Assembly: GCA_021817415.1 (NCBI GenBank)
Contig: JAKAUZ010000003.1
Location: 50,141 to 114,140 of the forward strand
DNA length: 64,000 nucleotides
DNA from: Thermoplasmata archaeon
Lineage (GTDB): Archaea > Thermoplasmatota > Thermoplasmata > Thermoplasmatales > GCA-001856825
Direction: 5' to 3'
Below are positions 31,123 through 41,082 of the stretch, in pieces (positions within the stretch are counted from its first letter, which is position 1; every line of letters begins with the position of its first letter). The notes beneath the pieces are model-generated. The model saw only the letters and a list, made by a program, of their open reading frames with translations. It did no database searches and was not told the DNA's origin. A program made the position numbers and the translations under genes.

Positions 31123-32188
31123 GGTATTTCAGAAGAACTGGGACCCTCAAAATGCCTGATGACAAAAGATACAGGAACGCACGTGAGGGATAATCAACGT
31201 CCCCAACACTGTTTATTCCATTTATATTTGCCTTTACAAAAGGTACCCACAAATCGTAATATTTCTCAAATTTGTCAACGATTTTCCTTATGGAATAATC
31301 CCTCAAGATCTCTTTTCCGAATGATGCTTTCCAGATTCTATTGTAATCTTGAAGAATGTTCCCATCCATGCTGATTGCCGATGTTAGGGAATCTCCGGAA
31401 GAGAGGGCAGCATAAAGGCCGCCTCCTGTGGTTGCTTTGTTCAATCCAGCAGCATCACCTATTAGGAAAATACTCTCTTCCCCCAGTCTGGTGGGACCCT
31501 GTGGAACTAATCCACCCCTCTTCCGGATGACCTTCTTATTTTTAGACAGGTGGTTGACTGCAGAAAGGGCACCGCTACCGGACGCTCCAATTTCTGTTTC
31601 CTTATTGTTTGGTATCTCCCACGAAAAAAAATCAGGGGTAATCTTTCTATCCATATGCAGAAATACTCTATCCCCCCTCCCTTCGACGTCGAACTGAACG
31701 GATTGCAAAAGATTGGGAGACTTAATTCCCAGAAGTCTTCTAATCATGCTAGAAGGGCCGTCAGCTCCAATCAGGTATTTTGTATCAATTGTCTCGAATC
31801 CACTCGCACCCTTTATCGTCACTTTTAGTGTCTTATTCTCTTTTGAAAGACCTATGAACCTCGTCCTCAGTCTCAGGTCTGAACCGTTGGCTTCAGCCAG
31901 TTCTCCAAGTTTTCTATCAAGTGCTACTCTATCCACGATGAACATTCTATCTGATCTCAAGGTAAAGTTACCTGCCGGTGTTGTGACATCCGCTAGGTAT
32001 AACTTATCAGTTACAAGGTCGTCACCAACAATTTTAACAACCCGTTCATCGACCAGACCTGAACAATGATTCGGGATTCCGAGACTCTCCTTCAAATCTA
32101 TTAGGAGGGTTCTATAACCAATTGAAGATAAGTTATCTGAAACGTGTGTTCCCGCAGGACCTGCACCGACGACGACCACATCAAACAC
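31109..32188 (-). CDS. Geranylgeranyl reductase-family FAD oxidoreductase
   Basis: VVGAGPAG, PNHCSG, GADG, IGDAAG..TGGG. Confidence 0.85.
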   Translation of the reverse strand: MFDVVVVGAGPAGTHVSDNLSSIGYRTLLIDLKESLGIPNHCSGLVDERVVKIVGDDLVTDKLYLADVTTPAGNFTLRSDRMFIVDRVALDRKLGELAEANGSDLRLRTRFIGLSKENKTLKVTIKGASGFETIDTKYLIGADGPSSMIRRLLGIKSPNLLQSVQFDVEGRGDRVFLHMDRKITPDFFSWEIPNNKETEIGASGSGALSAVNHLSKNKKVIRKRGGLVPQGPTRLGEESIFLIGDAAGLNKATTGGGLYAALSSGDSLTSAISMDGNILQDYNRIWKASFGKEILRDYSIRKIVDKFEKYYDLWVPFVKANINGINSVGDVDYPSRAFLYLLSSGILRVPVLLKYLTST

Positions 32189-32241
32189 GGGAGTGAATCA
32201 ACATTTAAGTATTATAATTACATGGACGGGAAGGTGCAGCG

Positions 32242-32697
32242 ATGGCAAGAATGCATACCAGAAAGAGAGGGAAATCTGGCTCAAAACAACCCCTGAGGGA
32301 TGGTAAGCCCTCGTGGGTAACTCAAAGCAGTTCAGAAATAGAGCAGTTAGTTGTTAAGCTCAAAAAAGAGGGAATGACAAAATCAAAAATTGGTATGATT
32401 CTCAGAGACCAATACGGTATACCAAAAGTTAAGGACATGACCGGAAAGAGAATATCGTCAGTCCTGGAGGCCAATAGTATTACGGATCAAATGCCAGAAG
32501 ATATAATAGCACTGATGAGGAAGGCAGTCAACCTATCAAAGCATCTTATCTCAAATCCAAAGGATTTAAAAAATAAGAGGGGACTGCAACTCATTGAAGC
32601 CAAGATAAAAAGGCTTGCAGATTATTATAAGAGAAACAATAAGCTGCCAAGAAATTGGACGTATTCAATTGACAAGGCAGAGCTATTAGTCAAATGA
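32242..32697 (+). CDS. rps15: 30S ribosomal protein S15 (uS15)
   Basis: MARMHTRKRGKSGS, LRDQYGIP, LIEAKIKRL. Confidence 0.97.
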   Translation: MARMHTRKRGKSGSKQPLRDGKPSWVTQSSSEIEQLVVKLKKEGMTKSKIGMILRDQYGIPKVKDMTGKRISSVLEANSITDQMPEDIIALMRKAVNLSKHLISNPKDLKNKRGLQLIEAKIKRLADYYKRNNKLPRNWTYSIDKAELLVK

Positions 32698-34022
32698 TAG
32701 ACTTAAAAAACGAATATTTGTCCAATCTGAAAAGGGCTGCAGAAAAAATTAGAAACAACGATGACATCAGAGTTTACAGTCACTATGATGCCGATGGCGT
32801 CTCTTCAGCTATTATCATATCAGAAATTCTGAGGAGACAGGGCAAGAAATTCCATCTTTCATTTTTAAAATCATTCGACATAAATGCAATAAAAGAAGAT
32901 GAGGACAAAATCACAATACTCAGCGACCTTGGGTCAGATGGGATCGCGGAGATCAACGATGAGAGAGTGATACTTGTAGACCACCACTCAATTCCACCCA
33001 TAGAAGATAAGAAAATCATTGACCTCAATCCAAGAACATATGGTTATGATGGAAGCAGAGAGGCCTGTTCAAGCTCTGTAGCGTACCTGCTGGCAATATC
33101 AGTGGATGACAGCAACAATGATCTATTTCCCTACTACATCAGTGGTGCAATAGGGGACAAGCAGGACGTCGGAGGTTATTATGGAATCAATTTCAGACTT
33201 AATGAGGAATTCGGCAAAAAATATCCAATAAAGCAGGACATCAACATTGATGGAAGAAGCGTCACAGATGCGATTTGTTATTCCACCGATCCGTATTTCA
33301 TCGGATTGACCGGTCATAGAGACTCCGTAAGAGAATTTCTGAAAGAGATGAAAATTGATCCAGATTCAAGTCTAGAAAAACTTTCAGAAGAACAGAAGAC
33401 CAAGCTCGCGGATAAGCTCATGCTGATCCTGATAAAGGAAAACACCTCAAAGGAGGGGTATGAAAATCTCGTTTCCAAGAGGTTCTTCTTCAACTCTCTG
33501 GGAGTCAGCGGAAAGGAACTATCCTCTTACCTGGATTATGCGGGCAGATCAGGAAATATGGGCTTGGCGGTTGCATGGGAAATGGGTGACGAAGAAGCTT
33601 TTGACAAGATAGAGAAAACGGCGCTTTCCTTTAAGGACGAACTAATTAATGAAGTGACCCGCGCAGCAGAAACTGTGAAAGAGATGAATCACATCCAGGT
33701 GCTGAACGTGATGAACGAGTCCCTTACGGGAACGGTATCAGGAATTGTGATGCTTTATATTCTGAAAAAGAACAAGCCAACCGTAGGTATTTACAAAAAC
33801 AAGGGGATCAAGATATCCACCAGAGCAACACGGGACTTGGTCAGCAAAGGGGTCGATCTCTCGACTGCTGTAGCAACTGCGGCATCTGCAGTGGGAGGGC
33901 ATGGCGGTGGACACAATATTGCCGCAGGGGGAGAGATTCCACTTGATAGTGAGAACCTCTTTCTAATGAAACTTGATTCAATAGTTGGTGAACAGGTTGG
34001 AAATTCCAAAAACGCATCCTAG
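32694..34022 (+). CDS. RecJ-like DHH phosphoesterase
   Basis: HYDADG, SDLG, DHH, GAIGD, DHHA1 GGGHNIAAG; conserved position after rps15. Confidence 0.9.
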   Translation: MIDLKNEYLSNLKRAAEKIRNNDDIRVYSHYDADGVSSAIIISEILRRQGKKFHLSFLKSFDINAIKEDEDKITILSDLGSDGIAEINDERVILVDHHSIPPIEDKKIIDLNPRTYGYDGSREACSSSVAYLLAISVDDSNNDLFPYYISGAIGDKQDVGGYYGINFRLNEEFGKKYPIKQDINIDGRSVTDAICYSTDPYFIGLTGHRDSVREFLKEMKIDPDSSLEKLSEEQKTKLADKLMLILIKENTSKEGYENLVSKRFFFNSLGVSGKELSSYLDYAGRSGNMGLAVAWEMGDEEAFDKIEKTALSFKDELINEVTRAAETVKEMNHIQVLNVMNESLTGTVSGIVMLYILKKNKPTVGIYKNKGIKISTRATRDLVSKGVDLSTAVATAASAVGGHGGGHNIAAGGEIPLDSENLFLMKLDSIVGEQVGNSKNAS

Positions 34023-34734
34023 ATACGACAACCTGATGCAGAGGGAAAGGCTGGTTCAATTTTACTACAAGGGGATCGTGACAATATCCGGTTTGATTTC
34101 GCACGGAAGGGGAGAGGCTTTTGACTATTTATTAGGGGAGAAGTCTCAACCCTTTTCGATTCTTGCTGAGAAAGTCTCTCTCGCGAAGGTACTTGGGTCC
34201 AGAAGCCCAGTTATTTCCGTCAATGGAAACGTTACAGCGCTTGCAGACGATGCAATAATTGATGTGGCTAAGAAATATGGGATCAAAGTGGAGGCTAATA
34301 TATTTCATTGGTCCCAAGGGAGAATAGAGAAGATAGTCGATCATTTCAGGGATAAAGGACTGGAGATACTTGGTAAGAACCAGACGGAAAGGATTCCAGG
34401 ATTAGAGCACGATAGGGGAAGATGTGAAAGGAATGGTATATACGCCGCAGATACGGTGATCGTCCCACTCGAGGACGGGGACAGGGTTGAAGCGCTTAGA
34501 AGAATGGGGAAATTTGTCATCGCGATAGACCTTAATCCACTAAGCAGAAGTGCAAGGGCAGCAAATGTGACCATAGTTGATGACGTCAAAAGAACGTTTG
34601 AGAATATTTTGAAACTTAATCCTGATGAAAATAAAAATGAGATTAATGAATTTGATAATGATAAAAATTTGAAGGAGGCAATGTCCTTCATAGCACATAG
34701 GCTTGAGACATTGGATTGGAAGTTGGAGCTATAG
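33985..34734 (+). CDS. pps: 4-phosphopantoate--beta-alanine ligase (phosphopantothenate synthetase)
   Basis: HGRGEAFDYLLGE, VISVNGN, VPLEDGDR, IDLNPLSR. Confidence 0.92.
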   Translation: MVNRLEIPKTHPRYDNLMQRERLVQFYYKGIVTISGLISHGRGEAFDYLLGEKSQPFSILAEKVSLAKVLGSRSPVISVNGNVTALADDAIIDVAKKYGIKVEANIFHWSQGRIEKIVDHFRDKGLEILGKNQTERIPGLEHDRGRCERNGIYAADTVIVPLEDGDRVEALRRMGKFVIAIDLNPLSRSARAANVTIVDDVKRTFENILKLNPDENKNEINEFDNDKNLKEAMSFIAHRLETLDWKLEL

Positions 34735-35160
34735 GTTTTCCTGCACCTTTTCCTTCAACATTTTTATTATTTTCCTCGTGCCATTGAACTCGCTATCAGA
34801 ATATTTTGAGATTCTCACCACTCTTACCTTTAATCCTCTGACCTTTGCCTCCTCAACAATCTTTTTCTCATCAAAGTCCTGATCATACCCTATAGCAATT
34901 ATATCTGGCCTAATAAGGTACAGGATATCGTAAATATTACCTTCCAGGCCAAGGATAGCCGCATCCACCGGTTTCAGCGAGGAGACCATTGCAAGCCTTA
35001 TATTCTCAGGAATAAACGGTCTTCTTTTCATCTTTTCGGCGACGGAGTCTCTTGCAACCACCACTACCAGCTCATCCCCAAGTTTCCTTGCCTCATTCAG
35101 AAAATGGACGTGGCCAGGGTGCAAAATATCAAACACCCCAGTTGCCATGACTTTAACCAT
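34729..35160 (-). CDS. ribL: Archaeal FAD synthase
   Basis: ATGVFDILHPGH, VVVARD, GYDQ. Confidence 0.85.
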   Translation of the reverse strand: MVKVMATGVFDILHPGHVHFLNEARKLGDELVVVVARDSVAEKMKRRPFIPENIRLAMVSSLKPVDAAILGLEGNIYDILYLIRPDIIAIGYDQDFDEKKIVEEAKVRGLKVRVVRISKYSDSEFNGTRKIIKMLKEKVQENL

Positions 35161-35176
35161 GGTGGGACATTGATTA

Positions 35177-35659
35177 CTATTCTAAATTATTTTTCAGTTT
35201 TTTAACCAACCTTATTGCATTCCTAGACCCATCGAATGGTATGGTGTAATAGTTCACCAGTACATCTCTAACCACGTAACCAGATTTTTGATAAAGAGAA
35301 AGGGCAGATTTATTCATTTCAAAAGTTTCCAATATGATTCTATTGCAATCGTTCAGAACTGATATTTTTTCTATTTCATCAAGCAGCAACTTCCCAACTC
35401 CTTTTCCCTGCAGTGAAGGATCAACTGCAATGCTTTCCAGGTGTGCGACTCTTGAATTCTTCCGGAAATAAACGGTCGCATATCCAAGAATTCTTCCCTT
35501 CAGATCAAAAACAATTGTTACGGAATTAGCTTCCGTAACCATATACTTCAAAGTTACAAAATCATAGGCATGTTCTCCAAATGCCCTATTTTCGACTTCT
35601 GCAATGCCGTCTAGATCAATTTCTGAGGCAAATCTCAGTCCCCCCTCAGAAATCATCAT
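35177..35659 (-). CDS. RimI-like GNAT acetyltransferase
   Basis: IAVDPSLQGKGVG, NKSALSLYQKSGY, NYY; likely start at MMISEGG (35659 or 35656), overlapping the micro-ORF stop. Confidence 0.85.
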   Translation of the reverse strand: MMISEGGLRFASEIDLDGIAEVENRAFGEHAYDFVTLKYMVTEANSVTIVFDLKGRILGYATVYFRKNSRVAHLESIAVDPSLQGKGVGKLLLDEIEKISVLNDCNRIILETFEMNKSALSLYQKSGYVVRDVLVNYYTIPFDGSRNAIRLVKKLKNNLE

Positions 35660-35714
35660 CGTCATCGTCGAAATCGTCATCGTCATCTGGTCTTCGCTTA
35701 ATCGGTTTTAGCAT
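35646..35714 (-). CDS. 22-aa micropeptide MLKPIKRRPDDDDDFDDDDDDF
   Basis: RBS GGTGG 4 nt before the ATG; mixed GAT/GAC Asp codons; stop overlaps the GNAT start. Confidence 0.6.
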   Translation of the reverse strand: MLKPIKRRPDDDDDFDDDDDDF

Positions 35715-35852
35715 TTTGCCACCAAAGGGTGAATTCAAAATCATCTACAAAAATATTTCTTAAGGGTCAGAATGTTCCTGCTATTGAAAAATTAAAGTAA
35801 TTACTGCATAGAATTCTAGAAAAAAATAATACGCCGAAATCATTGATTCGAT

Positions 35853-37100
35853 ATGGAAACAGTTACCTGTCCCAGATGTGGCCACGCATTTCCGTTGGAC
35901 GAAGGACTGAAGACTGAAATTGTTAGGGGACTAAAGGAGACGGTGGAAAAGGAACTGAAAGAAAGGGAGGAAAAAATCGAAAAGATTGAACTCGCCTTAA
36001 AGAAGAAGGAGAGCGAAATACCGGAACAGGCAGAAAAATTGGCGAACAGTAGAATCAATGAACTGAGGAAGCAAATAGAGGAACAAGTCAGGGAGGGAAT
36101 CGCCAGCGAATCAAAATTTAAGGATCAGAGGATTGATGAATTGAAGAAATCCCTTGAAGAGTCTAGGAATTCTGACGTAAAGGCAAGGCTGGAGCTAAGC
36201 AAACTGGAGGATGACATTAAGCAGAGAGAAAGGGAGATGGAACTAGAAATCCAAAAAAGGATCACTCAGGAAAGAGAGAGAATTAGAAATGAACAGGAAT
36301 CGAAACTGCACGATGAATTCGAAATCAGGGAAAAGGAATACAAGGAACAGATAGAGTCACTTAAGAGAAAGCTGGAAGAACTCAATAAAGGGTTAAGCAA
36401 TGAGTCCAACCAACTGGTGGGGGAGGCTCAGGAGATTGCCATTGAGGATAGGTTGAAGGAAAGCTTCCCTCATGACAACATAATATCAGTTCAGCGAGGA
36501 GTGCTTGGAGGGGATATAATTCATGAAGTTGTCATGCCAAATGGGGAGGGAGCTGGTAAGATACTCTGGGAATCGAAGAGGACCAAACAGTGGAAGGATG
36601 ACTGGATAGATAAGCTAAAAGAGGATAGGACTCGCAGCAGTTGCGACTACGGTATCATAGTTACAAAGACCATGCCAAAAAACACACGGGGTTTTACAAT
36701 GATTGATGGAATAGTAGTTACCGAATTTCCTCATATTGTTGCAGTTTCATCTCTGATGAGAGTTTATCTTATAAACGTAAAAAGGGCGAAACTGTCCCAA
36801 GCAGACAGGCATACAAAAGAGGGCATGCTTTACGGTTACATAACTAGCAATGATTTCAGGAATAGGGTGCAATCAATTGTGGATTCAATAAGCCACGCAA
36901 AAGAGGATCTGGAAAATGAAAAGAAAGCATTGAACAGGATATGGGCGAAAAGGAATATGGAGTTAGAAAGGGCGGTAATTGATCTGGCAGAGGTATACGG
37001 CAGAATGCAAGGAGTTGCAGGAAATTCTCTGCCAGACATCCCCAGCCTCCAGTCACCTTCAGAAAGAAGCGAAAATCAGAAACAGCTTACTGATGGATAA
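35853..37100 (+). CDS. DUF2130-family coiled-coil protein with RmuC-like nuclease-fold C-terminus
   Basis: N-terminal CPRCG, long coiled coil, GEAQE..FPHD..GGDII..ILWESKRTK..WIDKLK. Confidence 0.8.
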   Translation: METVTCPRCGHAFPLDEGLKTEIVRGLKETVEKELKEREEKIEKIELALKKKESEIPEQAEKLANSRINELRKQIEEQVREGIASESKFKDQRIDELKKSLEESRNSDVKARLELSKLEDDIKQREREMELEIQKRITQERERIRNEQESKLHDEFEIREKEYKEQIESLKRKLEELNKGLSNESNQLVGEAQEIAIEDRLKESFPHDNIISVQRGVLGGDIIHEVVMPNGEGAGKILWESKRTKQWKDDWIDKLKEDRTRSSCDYGIIVTKTMPKNTRGFTMIDGIVVTEFPHIVAVSSLMRVYLINVKRAKLSQADRHTKEGMLYGYITSNDFRNRVQSIVDSISHAKEDLENEKKALNRIWAKRNMELERAVIDLAEVYGRMQGVAGNSLPDIPSLQSPSERSENQKQLTDG

Positions 37101-37123
37101 ATGGATATTGAACGATTCACTGC

Positions 37124-37834
37124 ATGAGAGTGGAAAGGAAATATTACAACTCCTCTTTTGGAAAGATTTCCTATATCCAAAGGGCAGGGAAAATCCCGAT
37201 AATATTCCTCCATGGATTAGGTGGGACCGGAAACAGCTGGACAAGATTAATCCCGTATTTGCCAGACAAATATGGGTTGTACTTAATTGATCTACTGGGA
37301 CACGGACGTTCCGAAAGACCAAAAATTGAATACACAATTGAAAAACAGGGAATCGTAATCAGGGAGTTCGTAGAGAGTGAAGGGTTGGAAGATGTGACAC
37401 TGATGGGGAACTCCTATGGAGGATGGGTTTCATTGTGGTTAACCCTGGATCATATTGAGCCGTCACACCTGATCTTAGAGGATAGTGCAGGAATCAATGT
37501 AACATTTGCTGAATTGCCTCCAGAAAGGAGGGACAGAATTGTAAGCTCCTTGCTTGAAAACAACAAACTCAACTCAAGGGAGGTTATTGAAAGCATCATT
37601 ACCAGCAACACTGATCCTAAGTGGAAACTGACTGAAAATGAGCTTAAGGCAATAAAGGTCAAAACTCTCATAATCTGGGGGGAAAGAGACACAGTTATTG
37701 AGCCAGTTTATGGAGAGAGGATGAACTCATTGATTTCTGGAAGTATACTTACGGTAATCAATAAAGCAGGTCATGTCCCGCATATAGAAAGGCCCGATCT
37801 GGTCGCAAAGGCAATGATAGATTTCATGAAATAG
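37124..37834 (+). CDS. Alpha/beta hydrolase
   Basis: FLHGLGG, DLLGHG, GNSYGG, WGERD, AGHVPH. Confidence 0.9.
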   Translation: MRVERKYYNSSFGKISYIQRAGKIPIIFLHGLGGTGNSWTRLIPYLPDKYGLYLIDLLGHGRSERPKIEYTIEKQGIVIREFVESEGLEDVTLMGNSYGGWVSLWLTLDHIEPSHLILEDSAGINVTFAELPPERRDRIVSSLLENNKLNSREVIESIITSNTDPKWKLTENELKAIKVKTLIIWGERDTVIEPVYGERMNSLISGSILTVINKAGHVPHIERPDLVAKAMIDFMK

Positions 37835-37883
37835 ATATTTCCAGATTACCAAAAATCTAATAATATGGTTTTCATGAAGGACC

Positions 37884-38333
37884 ATGGCCGAAGACAAAGA
37901 TAATGGAAAGGGAGAAAGCATAACAATAAAGGGAGTCCAGAAGAATACGTATGATAGGGTAAAGGAACTTGCAAGAGAAACTGGAAGGACAATTGGAGAG
38001 ATAACCAACGAATCATACAAGATTTTCATAGCGACTGCCCATGAGACGAAGAAAGCAGGAGAGGAACTGATTAAGGGTCTCAGGGAATCAGCATCACAAA
38101 CTATTGAGAACATAAAGACTGTCGAAATAACGGGGGAGGAGCTGAGGGCCAACAACAGGAAAGTAACATTCAGGAATATAGACCATCTAGTGCTGAAAGG
38201 GTTGTCGGAGAATGATTTTGAGAATTATGTTGCCTCCCTCATCAACATAAAAAAATTGGAGGTACCGAAGGAGATACCAAAGTTGAAAGTACTCGACAGA
38301 TCAAGGTTCATAGATAATATCATCTACATTTGA
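37884..38333 (+). CDS. Hypothetical protein with ribbon-helix-helix-like N-terminus
   Basis: ITIKGVQKNTYDRVKELARETGRTIGEITNE. Confidence 0.6.
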   Translation: MAEDKDNGKGESITIKGVQKNTYDRVKELARETGRTIGEITNESYKIFIATAHETKKAGEELIKGLRESASQTIENIKTVEITGEELRANNRKVTFRNIDHLVLKGLSENDFENYVASLINIKKLEVPKEIPKLKVLDRSRFIDNIIYI

Positions 38334-38384
38334 AGCACTGTGAAACTATCGAAACATTATTTTAATTTAGTTTAATTAACTCAA

Positions 38385-39236
38385 GTGAGTGACCCTATCG
38401 TAGTTTACCTATTCATGTTGGTGGGGCTTTCTCTTTTAGCTGGAGTAATAGGGGCCCTGGGTGGACTTGGTGGTGGGGTCCTTATAGTTCCTTTTCTCAC
38501 TCTTTTTATTGGAGTCCCGATTCCGTTGGCAATCGGCGCATCAATTGTTTCAGTAATTGCAACCTCAAGCGGCTCTGCGGCAGCCTATGTCAGGGATCGC
38601 ATTTCCAATATTAGAATTGGGACATTTCTGGTTCTTTTCACAACCTCTGGGGCAATTTTTGGAGCTTTTCTTGAGCATATTGTCCCTACAGCATTTCTCT
38701 TCTTGACTTTTGGAATTGTGCTTCTGATATCTATTGTTCCCATGGTAAGGAAACTGGGAGAAGAGACACCTGCAGAATTCAAGAATGATTCTATTGCCGA
38801 GAAGCTTTCGCTCAACTCAGAGTACCACGATGCAAAACAAGGCAAGAACATAAAATACAATGTTACTGGGACCAGATCCGGTTCAGCAATGATGTTTGTT
38901 GCAGGAGTTCTGTCTGGTCTTCTTGGAATCGGCTCAGGTGCATTCAAAGTTATAGCGATGGATCTTGCCATGAAACTTCCAATTAAAGTTTCAACAACGA
39001 CTTCAAATTTTATGATAGGAGTTACTGCAGCAGCAAGCGCAGGCATCTATTTCCTCACCGGAGATGTGAACCCATTCATTGCAGCCCCCGTAGCAGTTGG
39101 TGTACTTATTGGTGCAGTCGCGGGAACCAAGATACTTGTAAGAATAAGGAGTTCCACCGTACGGAAAATATTTGCAGTCATAATTCTGGCAGTTGCCATT
39201 GAAATGCTCCTCAGAGGCATGGGGGTGCACACATGA
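38385..39236 (+). CDS. TauE/SafE (TSUP) family sulfite exporter
   Basis: GLGGGVLIVP, SGLLGIGSG, STTTSNFMIG. Confidence 0.9.
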   Translation: MSDPIVVYLFMLVGLSLLAGVIGALGGLGGGVLIVPFLTLFIGVPIPLAIGASIVSVIATSSGSAAAYVRDRISNIRIGTFLVLFTTSGAIFGAFLEHIVPTAFLFLTFGIVLLISIVPMVRKLGEETPAEFKNDSIAEKLSLNSEYHDAKQGKNIKYNVTGTRSGSAMMFVAGVLSGLLGIGSGAFKVIAMDLAMKLPIKVSTTTSNFMIGVTAAASAGIYFLTGDVNPFIAAPVAVGVLIGAVAGTKILVRIRSSTVRKIFAVIILAVAIEMLLRGMGVHT

Positions 39237-39655
39237 CCGGGACCTTGGAAGAAATGAAAGGGGAGGAACTTGAAATTGAATCCAGGATACTGGTCTTTTA
39301 CCTCATATGGAGCGCATTGATTGCAGTAGTGATTATTGTGGCAGGGGTATTAGAATTCCTTATCACTGGAAATAGTGGTTATAAGAATATTTCTTTGCCT
39401 CAATTACTGACAGCACGTGGGAATTCTCTCATATTTCCATTCAATCCTATCCAAATTATCCGGGGGGTAATTGAGCTTAAATCGTTTGCAATCATACAGC
39501 TAGGAGTCATTCTCTTGCTGTTTACTCCATTTGGAAGGATTTTCTTGCAAATTCTGATTTTCGCGAGAGAGAAAGACAGAGCATTTACGGTGATAGCAGC
39601 TACAGTATTCGTAATACTGCTGATTTCACTTTACACTGTGAGATTTCTTTCATGA
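39233..39655 (+). CDS. DUF1634-like membrane protein
   Basis: IQLGVILLLFTPFGR; usual partner of TauE. Confidence 0.75.
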   Translation: MTGTLEEMKGEELEIESRILVFYLIWSALIAVVIIVAGVLEFLITGNSGYKNISLPQLLTARGNSLIFPFNPIQIIRGVIELKSFAIIQLGVILLLFTPFGRIFLQILIFAREKDRAFTVIAATVFVILLISLYTVRFLS

Positions 39656-40609
39656 GAATCTGAGGACTATTCTTCCGTCTCTTTTATCATAATTTGCAAT
39701 TGCTCTTGAATACTCATCAACAGGATATACCTTCCACAACTTGCTTTTCAATTTCTTTCTCACCACCAGTTGTATCAGTTCTGACAATTCTCGCGGAGTG
39801 CCGCCTGTGCTTCCAATTATCTTCCTTTCTCCAGTGTAAAGGAACGCTATATTTAGAACTCCTTCAGTTCCAGTAAGTGTGCCAAAAGTGACCAGCCTGC
39901 CTCCGGTATCCAGATAATTCATGAACTTCTCCCAAAATCCACTTCCTAGAGAATTCACCAGCACGTCTACTGTTTCTCCGGACCAGGGTTTTCCCCCAAG
40001 TTTCTTTATCCATGATTTCCTTGAAATATAGTATACATCGGCACCCATTGCTTTGGCAAGCATCACCCCGTACTGCCCGGTGTTGCCGGATGCACCAACA
40101 ACAAGAACTCGTTCCTTTCTTTCGAGATTGGCGGCCTTCAGAGCATGGTAGGCGGTAAGCCCCCCCACCGGAAGGGATACCGCATCCAGGAAATCCAATT
40201 CATCGGGAATCTGGAAAAGATGTTTTTCATCCGTTGCATAGAACTCTGCAAACCCTCCATTTGACGCAACTCCAATGACTCCACCCCTTCTGCATATTTC
40301 CTCTCTCCCAGAGATGCAATGATCACAGATACCATCAAACAGTCTCGGGTAAACAAGTACCCGATCGCCCTCATCGAAAATTTTAGACTTTCCCCTTTCC
40401 TCTACGGTCCCCACAAATTCAGCACCGGGAATATGTGGATATGGCTCTATTCTATAATTTGTCTGCCCCCTAATTGTATTGATGTCCACTGGGTTAAGGC
40501 CGGCATATTTCACTCTTATGAGCATGTCACCCTTCGGGATCTGCACATCATCAATTCTTGTATTCTCGAAGCCCCCCGGTTCTCTTACGAGAACTGCTTT
40601 CATCGTCAA
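39650..40609 (-). CDS. MDR-family zinc-binding alcohol dehydrogenase/reductase
   Basis: AGLNPVD, IPGAEFVG, CDHCISGREEIC, GASGNTG. Confidence 0.88.
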   Translation of the reverse strand: MTMKAVLVREPGGFENTRIDDVQIPKGDMLIRVKYAGLNPVDINTIRGQTNYRIEPYPHIPGAEFVGTVEERGKSKIFDEGDRVLVYPRLFDGICDHCISGREEICRRGGVIGVASNGGFAEFYATDEKHLFQIPDELDFLDAVSLPVGGLTAYHALKAANLERKERVLVVGASGNTGQYGVMLAKAMGADVYYISRKSWIKKLGGKPWSGETVDVLVNSLGSGFWEKFMNYLDTGGRLVTFGTLTGTEGVLNIAFLYTGERKIIGSTGGTPRELSELIQLVVRKKLKSKLWKVYPVDEYSRAIANYDKRDGRIVLRFS

Positions 40610-41082
40610 TTTATCTTTTTCCCGTATATCGATATTACGCTCCTCATTCCTATGCCGGTGTAGAACTTGTGAGCAACTAGATTCTCCGTAGGGAATTCGA
40701 CCGAAATCATAGCACAGCCTCTCTTCTTTTCCTTTTCCGCAACAGCCTCAATCAGCTTCTTGCCTAGCCCAGTTTTCCTGAATTCCGGAAGGACGTACAG
40801 TTCGGTGATCCGTGCCTCCTTCAGTGGCTCATAGAACATCCTATCGACAATGTCTGCCATTACAACTCCCACTATCTTGCCCAAGTGCTCTGCAACGAGA
40901 GCATCCCTATTTTCAAGCCTGAGTGAACTTTTCAGGTATGCATTCACGGCCTCCTCTATTTTATCATTGAGCAAAAAAAGCGGATCATGTTCTGAATTGA
41001 ATTTTTTCAATCTCACAATAAGTGCAGCAGATTCCCTCAGATCATCTTCTTTTAAGTCCCTTATTTTAATATCCATATTCAT
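40606..41082 (-). CDS. GNAT acetyltransferase
   Basis: ELYVLPEFRKTGLGKKL, NLVAHKFY. Confidence 0.85.
   Translation of the reverse strand: MNMDIKIRDLKEDDLRESAALIVRLKKFNSEHDPLFLLNDKIEEAVNAYLKSSLRLENRDALVAEHLGKIVGVVMADIVDRMFYEPLKEARITELYVLPEFRKTGLGKKLIEAVAEKEKKRGCAMISVEFPTENLVAHKFYTGIGMRSVISIYGKKIN

Noticed and set aside
35660-35686. MTMTISTMT N-terminus of the GNAT
   Set aside because: Alternative-frame reading of the Asp repeat in the micro-ORF
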